Shown here: positions 29,614 to 44,730 of the stretch, one piece after another
Layout: every line of letters starts with the position of its first letter
Numbering within the stretch: position 1 is the first letter of the stretch
Assembly: GCA_964016885.1 (NCBI GenBank)
Contig: OZ024746.1
Coordinates: 59,086,001 to 59,150,000, forward strand
Direction: 5' to 3'
Source of the DNA: Eledone cirrhosa
Lineage: Eukaryota
Length of the DNA: 64,000 nt
Made by a program: the position numbers and the translations under genes
The notes under the pieces: model-generated
What the model saw: the letters and a program-made list of their open reading frames with translations, nothing else
The model's database searches: none
What the model was told of the DNA's origin: nothing

Positions 29614-29887
29614 ATATATATATATTTATATATATATATATTCACACACACGTAAATGTGTATATGCGTGTGTGTGTGTGTGTGTTCGCGTGGGTGTCTT
29701 TGTGTGTGGGAGAGAGGGAGGGAGAGAGAAAGAAAGAAAGAAAGAAGGTGAGGGAGGGAGACAGTGGATGTGTTAAGCCGTGATGTATTTTTCTGTTAAG
29801 AATGCGATTAAAATCAGAGAATTTATCAGGAGCCAATCTTAGTTTTGTATGTTTAAATAATGCATGAAGAGCTTGTGACTGTATCAT

Positions 29888-29954
<67 letters not shown>

Positions 29955-30002
29955 TATATATATATATTTATATATGTATATATATATATATATATACATA
30001 TA

Positions 30003-30077
<75 letters not shown>

Positions 30078-30132
30078 ATTTATATATATATATTTATATA
30101 TGTATATATATATATATATATATATACATATA

Positions 30133-30208
<76 letters not shown>

Positions 30209-30209
30209 C

Positions 30210-30241
<32 letters not shown>

Positions 30242-30359
30242 TTATTACATATATATATGTGTGTGTTTGCGTATTTATATTTACATTTATATATATATAT
30301 ATAAAGAGATAGGGTGGAAGAGATAGAGGGAATGTGTGTGTGTGTGTGTGCGTGCGTGC

Positions 30360-30413
<54 letters not shown>

Positions 30414-30582
30414 AAAAGATAGAAATAGCGATATCTTTTATTAAAAATGGGCAATTTCATTTGCCTGAAACAAGTCAGATTTCCCCAGCCACACCACCCT
30501 GCTTTCAATCAAGGTCTGCAAGAATATTCCCTGTGCTTAACATTATAACCTCGTATCGATACATACGCATGCATATATACAT

Positions 30583-30691
<109 letters not shown>

Positions 30692-30811
30692 TGCACTTTC
30701 ATCTAGATACATATGCACATACACATAAAGATATACATACACGTATGTACATGAAGATACAGCTAAACATGTACGTACACACAAACACACATATATATAT
30801 ATATACATGTG

Positions 30812-30886
30812 CAGAGTGTCTCCCAAAAATGTATTCACACTTTGATTAGAACGCTGTTGAAGTGTGTGTATATTTTTGGGTACACC

Positions 30887-30889
<3 letters not shown>
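30812..30889. mobile_element. Tiny Tc1/mariner-type MITE
   Basis: TIRs cagagtgtctcccaaaaatgtattcacactt / aagtgtgtgtatatttttgggtacaccatg, right end followed by TA. Confidence 0.55.
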
Positions 30890-30940
<51 letters not shown>

Positions 30941-30943
<3 letters not shown>

Positions 30944-31113
30944 ACAAAGGAATTGTGGTAAGGAACCAGATGGACCATAACGCACGAGAGTACTCAATAG
31001 TTAGGGTAGTAGAGTGGGAAATAGGAAAAAGTATGACTCCGACGGCTGAGCTCAAGCCATTTCGACATAGCCGTCGAAACGGCTTAAGCTCTGCCGTCGG
31101 TTTCATAATTTTT

Positions 31114-31117
<4 letters not shown>
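30941..31117 (-). mobile_element. Fold-back element with tail in (TA)n (family C, copy 1)
   Basis: Hairpin 31021-31117; tail 30941-31020 with GAGTACTC; second copy at 41330-41510 in the opposite orientation. Confidence 0.8.
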
Positions 31118-31164
<47 letters not shown>

Positions 31165-31689
31165 AATAATAATATATATATAAAATAAAAAAAATATATA
31201 TATATACATATATATATATACACAGAAACAAAAATGTGTACACATTAACATAAATATATAGGTGTATATATATATATATATATATAATATATATATATAT
31301 ATACAGATGGACGTACATATAGATACAGATACACATACGTAGACATTCACGTACATACACACTATACAATGCTTAACTAAATCTGTGGATCTCACATTAA
31401 AATGAGGAAAAAATCGTATCAACTTCAATAAATCAATATAGAAGTTCGATGTGGAGGTTATATATATGCCTCAAGAAACCTGAAACTTACCACAAAAATC
31501 TCACTAACATCACCACCATCACTAAAACAGCAGCTGTACAGGCAATGACATTAACAACTATTATAACAATAACAATATACTACTACTACTACTACAACCA
31601 CTACTACTACTACTATTACTGCTACTGCTGCTACTACTACTACTACTACTACAACTACTACTACTACAACTATTAATAATGATAATAAT

Positions 31690-32196
31690 TTTTTCTACTT
31701 TTGGCACAAGGACAGCAAAATACCCAGTGCATTACTGGTACACTTTATTTTATCGACCCCGTAAGGATGAAAGGCAAAGTTAACCTGGGGGGGGGGGGGG
31801 TTATGATTTCTCATATAGGTACAAGGCCAACAATTTTAAGGGGGAAGAAAGTCGATTAAATCGACCCCAATGCGTGACTGGTACTTTATGTTATCGACCC
31901 CATAAGGATGAAAGGCAAAGTTAAGCTCGGCAGGATTTGAAGAACTCAGATCATAAAGGGCCGTAACTCTATGTATCTACCGATACTGACAATCCACCGC
32001 CCTATGTATATATAATTGTTTCTACTTTTGGAACAAGGCCAGCAATTAACCAGTGCATTACTGGTACTTTATTTTATCAACCCCGTAAAGGATGAAAGGC
32101 AAAGTTAACCTCGGCGGGATTTGAACTCAGAATTGCAAGGACCGTAACTCTATGTTTGAAAGCATGGCGTCTGACCCTCTACCGATACTGCCAATC
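31690..32196 (-). mobile_element. Three tandem family-A SINEs
   Basis: Repeated 'tcgacccc.taaggatgaaaggcaaagttaa' and 'ctaccgatactg.caatc'. Confidence 0.88.
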
Positions 32197-32481
32197 TAAT
32201 AACAGAAGGAGAAGCAAGAAAAACATCAACAGTAGCAACAACAACTACAACTACCAACACAAATTATTTAATTCGTCGATTTCACAAGAAAATGTTTGTT
32301 TTTCTGTCAGTCTGGCTGCAGTACCAGGTGAATGCTTTGTGTGCAGCATTATTTTTCGCCTTTGTTTTGTAGGTGTTGTGTAGACACCTCCCGTAGTCTA
32401 CTGCATCAGTTTTGATTCTAATAAGAGGTTTCAGTTTCAGTTGATGTTGGTATTTTAGTGTGTTTTTTCTAGTGTGTAAAG

Positions 32482-32803
32482 CAGGGGTGTGCAACATATT
32501 CCATAGGCGAGCCACTTTTGAACATTGGAACATTTATTAGGGCCAGTCACTGTCAAAAATATGTAATCTAATGAAAACTTCAACTTCTTTCCATAACATG
32601 GAACTGGGAAATTATAACACACATAACCCTATCAGTGAAACCTTTTAGTTTAAGTGAACTAACAGAAAATTGTATTACAGTTACGAAAAAATGTCTAAAT
32701 GAGCTTATAAGGTAAAAATTAAAAACGGTAATCGCGGGCCACTCTGACTGGTCTGGCGGGTCGGATTGTGGCCGGATGGTGGGCCGCCTGTTGCACGCGC
32801 CTG
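32482..32803. mobile_element. hAT-type MITE
   Basis: TIRs caggggtgtgcaac / gttgcacgcgcctg; near 8-bp TSD gtgtaaag / gtacaaag; GC-rich subterminal gggcc motifs. Confidence 0.7.
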
Positions 32804-32943
32804 GTACAAAGTATCTGTGTTTACTGTAAGTTGTGTTATTTTGTTGGGTAGTGGTGAATATGTTCAGTAAGTATTGTGTAATCGGTGTTATATATTTTAG
32901 TGTCGGCTGCTTTGTGTGTGGCTTGTGTAGCATTATTATAGTG

Positions 32944-33160
32944 ACGGTCGATTGGCAGTATCGGTAGAGGGTCGGATGCCACGCTTTGCAGCATAGAGTT
33001 ACCTCCCTTTATCATCTGAGTTCAAATCCCGCCGAGGTTAACTTTGCCTTTCATCCTTATGGGGTCGATAAAATAAAGTACCAGTAACGTACTGGAGTCG
33101 ATTTAATCGACTTTACCCTTTCCCAAAATTGTTGGCCTTGTGCCTAAATAAGAAACCATT
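32944..33160 (+). mobile_element. Family-A SINE, near full length
   Basis: All family motifs present. Confidence 0.9.
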
Positions 33161-33635
33161 CTTATAGTAGCTTAAGAATATTAGTTGAATGGAATGAGTT
33201 ATTAATATTACAACACCGCATGGCAGAGGCACCAGGTGGATGATTCTGGAATATTTCAAGCCTGTTACTAGTGAGTCTTCTATTATGACGTCTACTAACA
33301 CAAACGGTATTGCTGTTTATTGTTGTATATAGTACACTGAGATATTGTTTGTTTTTATGGATTTAATAGTTACTGCTATGGAAAGTCTGAACAATAAATA
33401 TGTATTATGAAGATTGAATAAAGGCAACATGGTGACATTTCACCAAATACGGTGAAACTGGTTACTTTTCTTCCGCCTACAGATACCTACAGTCATATAT
33501 ATATATATATAGATACACGTATGTATGTATGTACGTATGTACGTATGTATGTATGTATGTATGTATGTATGTATGTGCTAGATATGCAACAAAGTGTTTA
33601 CAACTAGTTCCGGGCTAAGGAAACACATAGTGGGG

Positions 33636-33710
<75 letters not shown>

Positions 33711-33714
<4 letters not shown>

Positions 33715-33935
33715 CGTTTCTGAATTTGTTTAGCAAGATTCTTTATCTGAAATCGTGTGTTGAAACCGATATTGTTATACTTTGGGAGGGTCATGTTGCC
33801 AATAAGAAACACACGCACCAGTTGCTTTCACTTCAATTTATTATAATAAATTTATAATAAATTTATTATAATAAATTGAAGTTAAAGCAACTTGTGCGTG
33901 TGTTTATTATTGGCAACATGACCCTCCCAAAGTAT

Positions 33936-33942
<7 letters not shown>
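33711..33942. mobile_element. Fold-back element in (TA)n (family D, copy 1)
   Basis: Arms ~33769-33845 / ~33866-33942 plus a ~58-bp unpaired extension; near-identical second copy at 48320-48880. Confidence 0.8.
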
Positions 33943-34006
<64 letters not shown>

Positions 34007-34008
<2 letters not shown>

Positions 34009-34376
34009 GTATAGGATTATCCCAGATGTAGTAATGGTTAATTACTACACTGGATATGGTTGACGTACGGTGAGAGGTTACTCGACGAGTTATGGAAGAA
34101 TTGTTGAAGAAACTTAGTTCCTGATCCTTCTGTATTCCGGAGTGTATATAAAGAATGAATAATAACAGGTAGACATCATAAAAAGGTAATTTATTCCGTG
34201 TGCTTACAAATGTTTCCACGGTGGTAATACAGCCTAGTTATGCTATGTGCGAATTCACAAGTACTTGCAGAACTCAAATATCAAATGCTGTGACCATTGT
34301 ATTCACTACCGTGGAAACATTTGTAAGCACACGGAATAAATTACCTTTTTATGATGTCTACCTGTTATTATTCATT

Positions 34377-34382
<6 letters not shown>
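34007..34382. mobile_element. Fold-back element with tail in (TA)n (family E)
   Basis: Arms ~34145-34230 / ~34297-34382 containing GAAAC-attt-GTA; unpaired tail 34007-34144 with 'actcc...tcGAGTAACC' on the minus strand. Confidence 0.75.
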
Positions 34383-34421
<39 letters not shown>

Positions 34422-34465
34422 CATATATATATATTCTAACTCATTTGCTTCTTCTCCACATTTTA

Positions 34466-34587
<122 letters not shown>

Positions 34588-34600
34588 TAGAGAGAGAGAG

Positions 34601-34785
34601 AGAAATGGCTTTTACAGGACTGGAACTATTTCATTCGGGAAAATCATCAGGGCTACCTGATGATTTTCCCGAATGAAACATTTCTAGTCCTGTAGAAGTA
34701 ATTTCTATATTAAATATTTATACTCTGCTATGTATTGAGTACCTTACTTACTGTGGTTAGCTCGATTGAACCCGGGATAAACATA
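34601..34785 (+). mobile_element. Fold-back element with back-to-back hammerhead cores and tail (family F)
   Basis: Arms 34601-34650 / 34657-34706; CTGATGA-ttttcccgaat-GAAAC-atttcta-GTC on plus, CTGATGA...GAAA-tagttcca-GTC on minus; tail 'actct...attGAGTACCT'. Confidence 0.75.
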
Positions 34786-35055
34786 CATATATATATATAT
34801 ATATATTTATAAATGTGATGTATACTAGTGGTCACCCGGCCTTTTCCCGGTCTGTTCTGTGCTCAAATCTATTCATAAGGCATCTATTGCTATCTATCGT
34901 AATGCCCATTTTCTTTAAAAGCTATATAAATATTGCATAACATAATTTTAAAAGTTTCTTCAGAATATCTAAATACAGAAAGTAATAAAGAAATTAATAG
35001 AAAAATGTTTTCTATAAAAATCATAAAAAATTTACTGAACTTCATTATATACAAT

Positions 35056-35243
35056 CGGTGGATTGGCAGTATCGGTAGAGGGTCAGACGCCATGCTTTGC
35101 GGCATAGAGTTACGGCCCTTTATGATCTGAGTGCAAATCCCGCCGAGGTTAACTTTGCCTTTCATCCTTATGGGGTCGATAAGATAAAGTACCAGTAATG
35201 TACTGGGTTATTGCTGGCCTTGTACCAAAAAGTGGAAACAATT
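35056..35243 (+). mobile_element. Family-A SINE nested in Helitron
   Basis: All family motifs present. Confidence 0.9.
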
Positions 35244-35339
35244 ATATACAATGGTTTCAACTATTTTCTTTGGGGCATATATGAAGGGTTTGGTGTGTGG
35301 TGGGGGGCTTCTTACTATGGAATGACCTACATATAATTG

Positions 35340-35830
35340 ACCATGTGAACAACAGCCCTCTTCTAGACGGAGACCAGCAACCTGCAGTGTTTGACCTTAT
35401 GACTTGTTAATGGTCATTGCATAACTAAACCCCGCTGTGAATTGCAATTGTTTGAAGCGAAAGGGGACATCTGTTGGTATAAGAGGTATTCTAGGTATAA
35501 ATACGATGTCTCCCTTACCACATCCAGTGAGGATTTTGGCTTCAACAATGTTAGGCTGTAGTTTAATCACAACAATACGCGTGCCATTACATAATCTTGG
35601 TTGATCCAGGTTTCTGAGAAACATAATGAGTGTGCTCTTCTTCAATTCAAGATTGTGTGGCAGCATTCGGGACAGTCCCGGACTATTAAGATATTCACCG
35701 GGATAATGAACAGCTTCGTCCACGGCAACAATTTTGCCGATAGATTTATAGGTGTGTCTACCTCCAGGAATCATTTTTAAGAGATTTTTGTTGATGGTTC
35801 CACTGTGATGTTATTTGCGTCAAGAATTAC
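35340..35830 (-). pseudogene. Helitron RepHel Pif1-family helicase C-terminal fragment
   Basis: 'YPGEYLNS...PHNLELK...IMFLRNLDQPRLCNGTR...FIPRIPLIP..PFRFKQLQF...SYAMTINKS', then a stop in place of Q, then 'GQTL'. Confidence 0.92.
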
Positions 35831-36415
35831 TTTTTACAAACAGCCACGCCTCGTTAGAATGGTGGATTTCGATATATTTTGTTGTTGTAGCGCATCAGAA
35901 TCCTTGTGAACGTATTTGCACACATACTGTATAGATCCCCTACCATCCCATTTTCAGGGTAAAAGGGGATTGTGAGCATGTCGAGGTTAGATTAGTTGAA
36001 AATACATGAAAAAATACAAGAAAAAATGTTTTCTTCGCGACCCCCAGTGGATGCTTTTCTATGAATTTAAATAGTTGCAAGGGGATTACATGTACCTCCA
36101 ATGCCCCCCCCCCCCCTTCTATCCCATCCTCCGTTTTCGGGAAAAGGAGTCGTTGGCGAGTGAGTTGGATGACAGATCGGTCGAAAACAAACGAAAAAAA
36201 ACTAGAAAGAAAACTATTTCCAGTGAAGAATTCTCCGAGGCTAGGAAAATGCAAGGAGCGCACCATCTTGTCCCTACCACCACCACCTCACATTCCATCG
36301 TCGGATGTTAGGTTAGTTGAAAACACACAAAAAAGCTTAATTATTACCAATTTCACTTAATGTTATTAGCGGGCAACAAACTTCTTTTCTATATATATTA
36401 TATATACATATTATA

Positions 36416-36799
36416 TTAGCAGTATCGGTAGAGCGTCGGACGCCATGCTTTGCAGCAAAGAGTTACGGCCTTTTATGGTCTGAGTTCAAATCCCGCCGAG
36501 GTTAACTTTGCCTTTCATCCTTACGGGGTCGATAAAATAAAGTACCAGAAATACACTGGGATAATTGCTGGCCTTGTGCCAAAAGTAGAAACAATTATAT
36601 ATACATAGGGCGGTGGATTGGCAGTAACGGTAGAGGGTCGGACGCCATGCTTTGACGCATAAACTCACGGCCCTTGCCATTCTGAATTCAAATCCCGCCG
36701 AGCTTAACTTTGCCTTTCATCCTTATGGGGGTCGATAAAATAAAGTACCAGTAATGCACTGGGTCATTGCTGGCCTTGTGTCAAAAGTAGAAACAATTA
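36416..36799 (+). mobile_element. Two tandem family-A SINEs
   Basis: Copies at ~36416-36598 and ~36608-36799. Confidence 0.9.
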
Positions 36800-36806
36800 T
36801 ATATAC

Positions 36807-36900
<94 letters not shown>

Positions 36901-38249
36901 AAACTGGAACGGGAACAAAAACAGAGAGGCAGTACAAACAAAGATTTATTAGTTTCACTGTCTTGAGAGTGGGGGGTGGGGAAATATATATATATATATA
37001 TGTGTATGTGTGTCTGTGTATGTGTGTGTGTGTGTGTGTGTATAAGCACCTAAACATGTACACAGATGCACACATAAATACACAGATGTTCATATACTTG
37101 GGTACGTACATGCATTCAAACACAAAATTTACGCATATACAAACATAGGTATATGTATTCACATTCAAACACATATACATATAGACACACATACATAGAT
37201 ATATACATTGATAACACACATGTCATGTACATATATCTACAGCTTCAGACACATACACTTCTCATACATATTCACATACAAACAGATACACATACATACA
37301 CGAATACATATACATATACACGAATACATATACATATACACGAATAAAAAAAAACATACATAGATGTACACATGTGCATATACACATACATATATACACA
37401 TACACATGTGCATATACACATACATATACATACATGTGCATACATATATACACATACATAGATGTACACATGTGCATATACACATACATATATATACATA
37501 CACATGTGCATATACACATACATATACATACATGTGCATACATATATACACATACATAAATGTACACATGTGCATATACACATACATATACATACATATA
37601 TACACATACATAGATGTACACATGTGCATATACACACACATATACACACATATATACACATCCATATACACACACACATATATACACATACATATAGACA
37701 CATATATACACATATGGGACATATATACACCATATGCCGTTTGTATGTCAGCCTTTGATCACTCTATGATGAGTAGAGATGTAAAGAAGAGGTATAGAAG
37801 AGACAGGAAAAATGAAAGACAGAGAAATGAAGAGATGGATAGATGGAGAGACGGTGAGAAGAGGAGATAGTTATAAACCCTATAGAAAGCGGACTGGCAG
37901 TTGTGAAAGAGGACAATCAGTTTGTAAATGGGAATGAATAACATGAAATGAAAAAAACATGTGTGGCGCAGGAAGAAATCTTAAACATCTTTGCATTATG
38001 CTGCATAGCTGTTCCAATTGTTTTACATTCTTCACTGTGCAGATGCATCGCTGATTGTGACTATTCCAAGAATAAAGCTATCACATTATTCTGCATTGCT
38101 GCAATTGTTTTTGCATCGCATTCTACAGATGTCTCACTGATTGCCTGACTGATGGAGACTATTCCCAGAATTTCTGAAGAATAAAAGCCATCGCATCAAT
38201 ACAGATAATGGATACATTTCTAGCTAGAACCATTAATTCCGTTGTCAGT

Positions 38250-38320
38250 CAGTCAACCAGCCAGCAACCCAGCCAGCAACACAGGCATTCATACAGCCAG
38301 CTACTCACCCACCCACCCAC

Positions 38321-38369
<49 letters not shown>

Positions 38370-38745
38370 TACTCACCCACCTAACCAGCCAGCCAGCCAG
38401 CCAGCCAGCCAGACAACCAGCCAACCACCCGGCCAGTAAACCAGCCAGCCACTCTATCAGCTAAATAGTCAGCCACACCTCCAGCCAGCCAGCTACTCAC
38501 CCACCTACCCAGCCAGCCAGCCAGTCAGCCAGCCAGACAACCAGCAAGACAACCAGCCAACCACCCGGCCAGTAAACCAGCCAGCCATTCTATCAGCTAA
38601 ACAATCAGCCACACTTCCAGCCAGCCAGCTAGTCAGCCACCAGTATCCAAGCAGCCAGCCAACCAGGCAGCTATACATCCAACCAACCAGCCAGCCAGCT
38701 ATAAACCAACCCTCATCCAGCCATCCAGCCACAAAGGTTGTCAGC
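38250..38745. repeat. Degenerate (CCAG)n repeat with internal duplication
   Basis: Direct reading. Confidence 0.9.
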
Positions 38746-38751
38746 CACAAA

Positions 38752-38908
38752 GCCACACGGCGTTGACCTAGCCACACGGCGTTGACCTAGCCACACAGCG
38801 TTGACCTAGCCACACAGCGTTGACCTAGCCACACAGCGTTGACCTAGCCACACAGCGTTGTCCTAGCCACACAGCGTTGACCTAGCCACACAGCGTTGAC
38901 CTAGCCAA
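38752..38908. repeat. 19-bp minisatellite, ~8 copies
   Basis: Unit gcgttgacctagccacac(a/g), contiguous with no spacers. Confidence 0.95.
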
Positions 38909-39054
38909 CAAATTGGGGAACGAATTCTGAATTCTGGTCTCTCTCACTGTTACTGGTTAACTAGCATCAGTTATTCATTTATGTATTTATTTAATCAATT
39001 CAAACGTCCGTATAGAGCTGGTCAGCCACAGCAGACTGGTAAACTTATCTAACC

Positions 39055-39300
39055 CCAGCATCGCAGCCACGCAGAAGGATAAAAAATAAACAAATACCGG
39101 GGTTTGTCTGACCGCTTCCTCTCCACATTGGTCGCCGTCGAGACCTCAGGCATACTTGGAAACCGTACTACCGAGCTCCTCTACAAGATCGGAGTATCGG
39201 TGGCCCGTTTGAGAAGGGATCCCGCGAGATTGGGAGGCTGTTGCAAACGGGTGTCACTGGCTATCGTCCGGAGGGATGCACTCCTGCCCCTTGCCCTAGG
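39055..39300 (+). pseudogene. CRE-clade-like non-LTR retrotransposon C-terminal restriction-like endonuclease fragment
   Basis: 'KYRGLSDRFLSTLVAVETSGILG...LLYKIG...KRVSLAIVRRDA'; homologous to 61890-62135. Confidence 0.7.
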
Positions 39301-39694
39301 CCCAAAACCCAATCACCTTCCCCCTTTACCCCTCCCCTCTCTTCTGTGACACCAGAACTCTTGCCATCTCCTCCCATTCCCGTTCTTTTCCTTCTTTCTT
39401 TCTCTCTTTTTTTTCTATATTGCCCTATTCTTTCTTTCCTTTTGCCCCCCCCCCCCTTTTTTTATTTTTCTTACTAAATTAGAAATAAATGAGAAAAGGA
39501 AAAATAAGGCAAAAGAAGTAAAGACATTTGTCTTGGTGTTGATGACGTTGATGTTCGTTAGTAAAACGCCTGAAACACTGACCGCCAGCGTCTCCACTAC
39601 TACAACTACTACTACCAACACCACCACCACCAGAGCCTCTACCACTACCACCACCACCATTACTTTTATTACTACATACAGAAGAGAGAGTGAC

Positions 39695-39753
<59 letters not shown>

Positions 39754-40267
39754 CATTTTGTTGTTCGTCAGAGATATGAAAAAAAAAATGCTAAACAATA
39801 CACACAAAAAATCAAACCCTGTTAGGTTAGAAGAGATTAACAGATGCGCAGTCATGGAAGTGGAAAAAAACACATTTTAGTGATAATATATTTGTGTAGA
39901 AATATACATTTATACAAAACCTTCGGTCATAGCTTTATGTTTCTATCTTTACATGATAGTTTCACCCGTCCCCCAATGGCAGGTGAAGATCGGAGATATG
40001 GTGAGTTAACTAGAGCTCTATTTATGCTTCATTAAATAGTAATTCTTAATTATCTCTCTTATTTGAAACATAATATCATTCTCCTCCGCAATTAAGTGAA
40101 AAAAAAAATTGAAAGAATATTCAAGAAAGCAAATTTTTGATACGATATGGGAATGTATATATGTACGAATGTACGTATGTATATGTGTGTGTGCATATAT
40201 GTATGAGTATATGTATGTATGCACATATTTTTTTATGTATGTATATATATATATGTGTGTGTGTATC

Positions 40268-40398
<131 letters not shown>

Positions 40399-40751
40399 AT
40401 AAATATATATATACATACATATACATACATACATATTAATATTGTCTCTTGACAGTTCGAACATGTAACTGATATTTCGAAAGGAATCTCCTTCCTTAGC
40501 TTAGGAAGGGCTGTTTATTCGTTCATTCACGCGTGAACAAGTCAGCCAATCACAGATCACAGATCACAGTTGTTATCTAACGGACCACATAGAACAACCA
40601 TGTCAGTTTACAAACAACATAAACATGCACAATCTTCAACTTAATGCGATTAGTTGATACAAAATGTGAATCTGAGCAGAATTATTTTTTAGAGTTGAGT
40701 CGATACGAAGAGATCCGAAACGAAATAACAATGTTCTGACTGATTTAAGAA

Positions 40752-41329
<578 letters not shown>

Positions 41330-41333
<4 letters not shown>

Positions 41334-41510
41334 AACAAGTATGACCCCGACGGCAGAGCTCAAGCCGTTTCGACGGCTATATAGCCGTCTAAATGGATTG
41401 AGCTCTGCCGTCGGGGTCATACTTGTTCCTATTACCCACTCTACTACACTAAGTATTGAGTACTTTGGTGCGTAATGGTCCATCTGGTTCCTTACCACAA
41501 TTCGTTCGTT
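41330..41510 (+). mobile_element. Fold-back element with tail in (TA)n (family C, copy 2)
   Basis: Hairpin 41330-41432 centred on gacggctatatagccgtc; tail 'actct...attGAGTACTT'. Confidence 0.8.
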
Positions 41511-41580
41511 ATATATATATATATATATACACACATATATATATATATATATATATAAATATACACATAAATATAACCTC

Positions 41581-41653
<73 letters not shown>

Positions 41654-41706
41654 GTATATATTTATACGTAGGTATACTAGTAATCGTTTATATATATATA
41701 TACATG

Positions 41707-41812
<106 letters not shown>

Positions 41813-41944
41813 GTAATGGAAGTCAGATTTGTAGCTTGTGTAGTAACTTTATTTACATATTACAATTATTTCAATATCGATCAGCTTGGGTGTGATAAAG
41901 ACGATCGAACACGGACTCTTTTTCAACATCTCCTCAGACATATG

Positions 41945-41985
<41 letters not shown>

Positions 41986-42304
41986 TACGTGTGTGTGTGT
42001 GTGTGTGTGTGTGTGTATTTAATAATTAGTGTTGGTTGATCAAGCGATCAACCAACTAAGTGTAATCATGCATAATCACCCTACGTCAAGGGTATGATAA
42101 GATATTACGTAGATGGCTTCAGATGAGTATCTATATTAAGACGGTTTTACATATGCAACTTTAGTTTATTGTCAATACATTACACGTTATGTACATTTCA
42201 AAGGCATTAAAACATCCTTATATAATAGTTATTTATGGTCTTGTCGCAATAAACTGAAGTTGAATATGTAAAACCTTCTCTCCTTTCTTAATAAATATGT
42301 TCGC

Positions 42305-42401
<97 letters not shown>

Positions 42402-43684
42402 TAAGCGTGCGCATGTGTTAGTATCTATAGAGAGAGCAAAAGAAGGATGTATGGAGGATGTGTGTCATGATGATTGTGTAGTTAAGGAATTTGCTTCGCA
42501 ACGACGGGTTTTGGCCCTCAGGTCCCACCCCGTGGTACATTAGGCATGTAGCTTCTATAGCCTCAAGTTGAACAGTGCCTTGTGAATGAACAGTAGCTTG
42601 TGAAGTGTCAGTAAATGAATTAAAGAATAAAGTAATTCTTTCATTTATTCAACAAACTTAAATTCATTAGTTGATGTTTACATACATACTATCACACACA
42701 TACAAACATACATGTATGTGTGTGTTATTGTATGCGTGCATGTGTGTATATGTATGCTTGTGTGTGTGTGTATGTGCGTGTAGGTGTGTGTGTGTGTATG
42801 TGCGTGTGGGTGTGTGTGTGTTTTTGTGTATGTGTTATGTTCATATTGAAATTTGCCAAAATTCGCGTCGCTAATAGCGTGAGGGAATCTAAAATTCCTT
42901 AAATAAAATGAAAACTAAATACATAACACATATACACACACAAAGAGAGTCACACCTTCACACACACATACATATACATACAAATGCAAACACAAACAGG
43001 CACGTACACATACACAAACAAACACACGCACGCACACACACACAAACATTCACGCACATATACACACGCCTAAACAGTAACACTCTCAAACATATAGGAC
43101 AGTTATTCATACACACACATATACACAAATACTCACAAACATATATACATATAGGACCCAATTATACACACACGCAAACATATATGACACAGTTATACAG
43201 ACACACACATACATACACACACATAAACACAAATACACACACACAAACATACATATAGAACACGATTATACAATTACACACACACTCACACACACACATA
43301 CACACACACATACACAAACATAAATTCAAATACACACACACAAACATATGGGACACCGTTATACAGACACACACACACAAACATGCACACACACACACAC
43401 ACATACACACCTAAACACACGCACGAACAAACATATACATATAGGACATAGCTATACAGACACACACACATACACACCTAAACACACACACACATACACA
43501 CACACACATACACAAACATAAACACAAATACACACACACAAACATACATATAGGACACAATTATACAATTACACACACACTCACACACACATACACACAC
43601 ACACATACACATACACAAACATAAATTCAAATACACACACACAAACATATGGGACACCGTTATACAGACACACACACACAAACA

Positions 43685-43719
<35 letters not shown>

Positions 43720-44561
43720 ACCTAAACACACGCACAAACAAACATATACATATAGGACATAGCTATATAGACACACACACATACACACCTAAACACACAC
43801 ACATACACACACATACACAAACATATATATATATATATATACATATAGGACACAGCTATACAGACACACACAGAAACACGCATGCGCACACAATCACTTC
43901 ACAACAACAACAACAACAGCAGCATTAAAATCCAATGCAATCCATTCCAAGGAGAGGTGTTTTTCCACTTTGGGGCAGTCAGTATTTGCTCACTCCACTC
44001 CGCTCTAATATCTCTCTCTTTCCTTGCTAATGTTAATGGAATAATTTAATTTACAGGCCTCCACTATTAGATTTCCCGGCAATTACAGATCCATTCCACT
44101 TTAATTCGCCTGAAATTCCCAAAGGCAAAGAGGATCGCTATAACACCGTCTGTTTTCGCTGCACTTTCTACTAATGCATTCAAGTGATATAACAAAAACT
44201 AGGAACCAAAAATCAAAAAAAATATTAACAAGGACGTTCCGTTTTAGATATCTTGTTTATACTATATGTGTGATGTTGTTGTTTTAACAGGGAATTGCTG
44301 CTCATCAGAAGATAGAGATAGAAAAAGCCAGGAACGTGGATGGGTGCGTGATAGGGGCGGGTAGAGGGTGATGAGTGATAGAGAGAAAGTGTTTGAGAGA
44401 GGGTGAGGAAAAGAGTAAGGTATGTAAGAGGAGAGGAAAAGAGTGAGATGACTTCTTGTGAGTGTGATGGGTGCGATAGGAGGAAATAGGAAGGTAGGGT
44501 GTGAAGTGGGAGTGTGACATAGAAACAGAGATGTTGATGTTGTTGTTGTTATTGTTGTTAA

Positions 44562-44730
44562 TAATTGTTTCTACTTTTGGCACAAGGCCAGCAATTATAC
44601 CACAGTACGTTACTGGTACTTTATTTGATCGACTCCCGTAAGGATGAAAGGCAAAGTGAACCTCGGCGCGATTTGAACTCAGTCCGTAACTGTGGGACGT
44701 AACTGTGCTGCAAAGCATGGCGTCCGACCT
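44562..44730 (-). mobile_element. Family-A SINE
   Basis: Reverse-complement family motifs. Confidence 0.85.

Larger units (their letters stand above)
34825..36400 (-). mobile_element. Internally deleted Helitron with Pif1 helicase fragment and nested SINE
   Basis: Minus-strand 3' end ccgggaaaaggccgg hairpin then CTAG|t; Pif1 fragment on the same strand; 5' end approximate. Confidence 0.65.

Noticed and set aside
38752-38908. 19-bp repeat array superficially like CRISPR
   Set aside because: Units are contiguous with no unique spacers, there are no cas genes and the context is eukaryotic
42031-42056. Small hairpin ttggttgatc-aagc-gatcaaccaa
   Set aside because: Isolated 10-bp stem with no second copy, ribozyme core or tail motif
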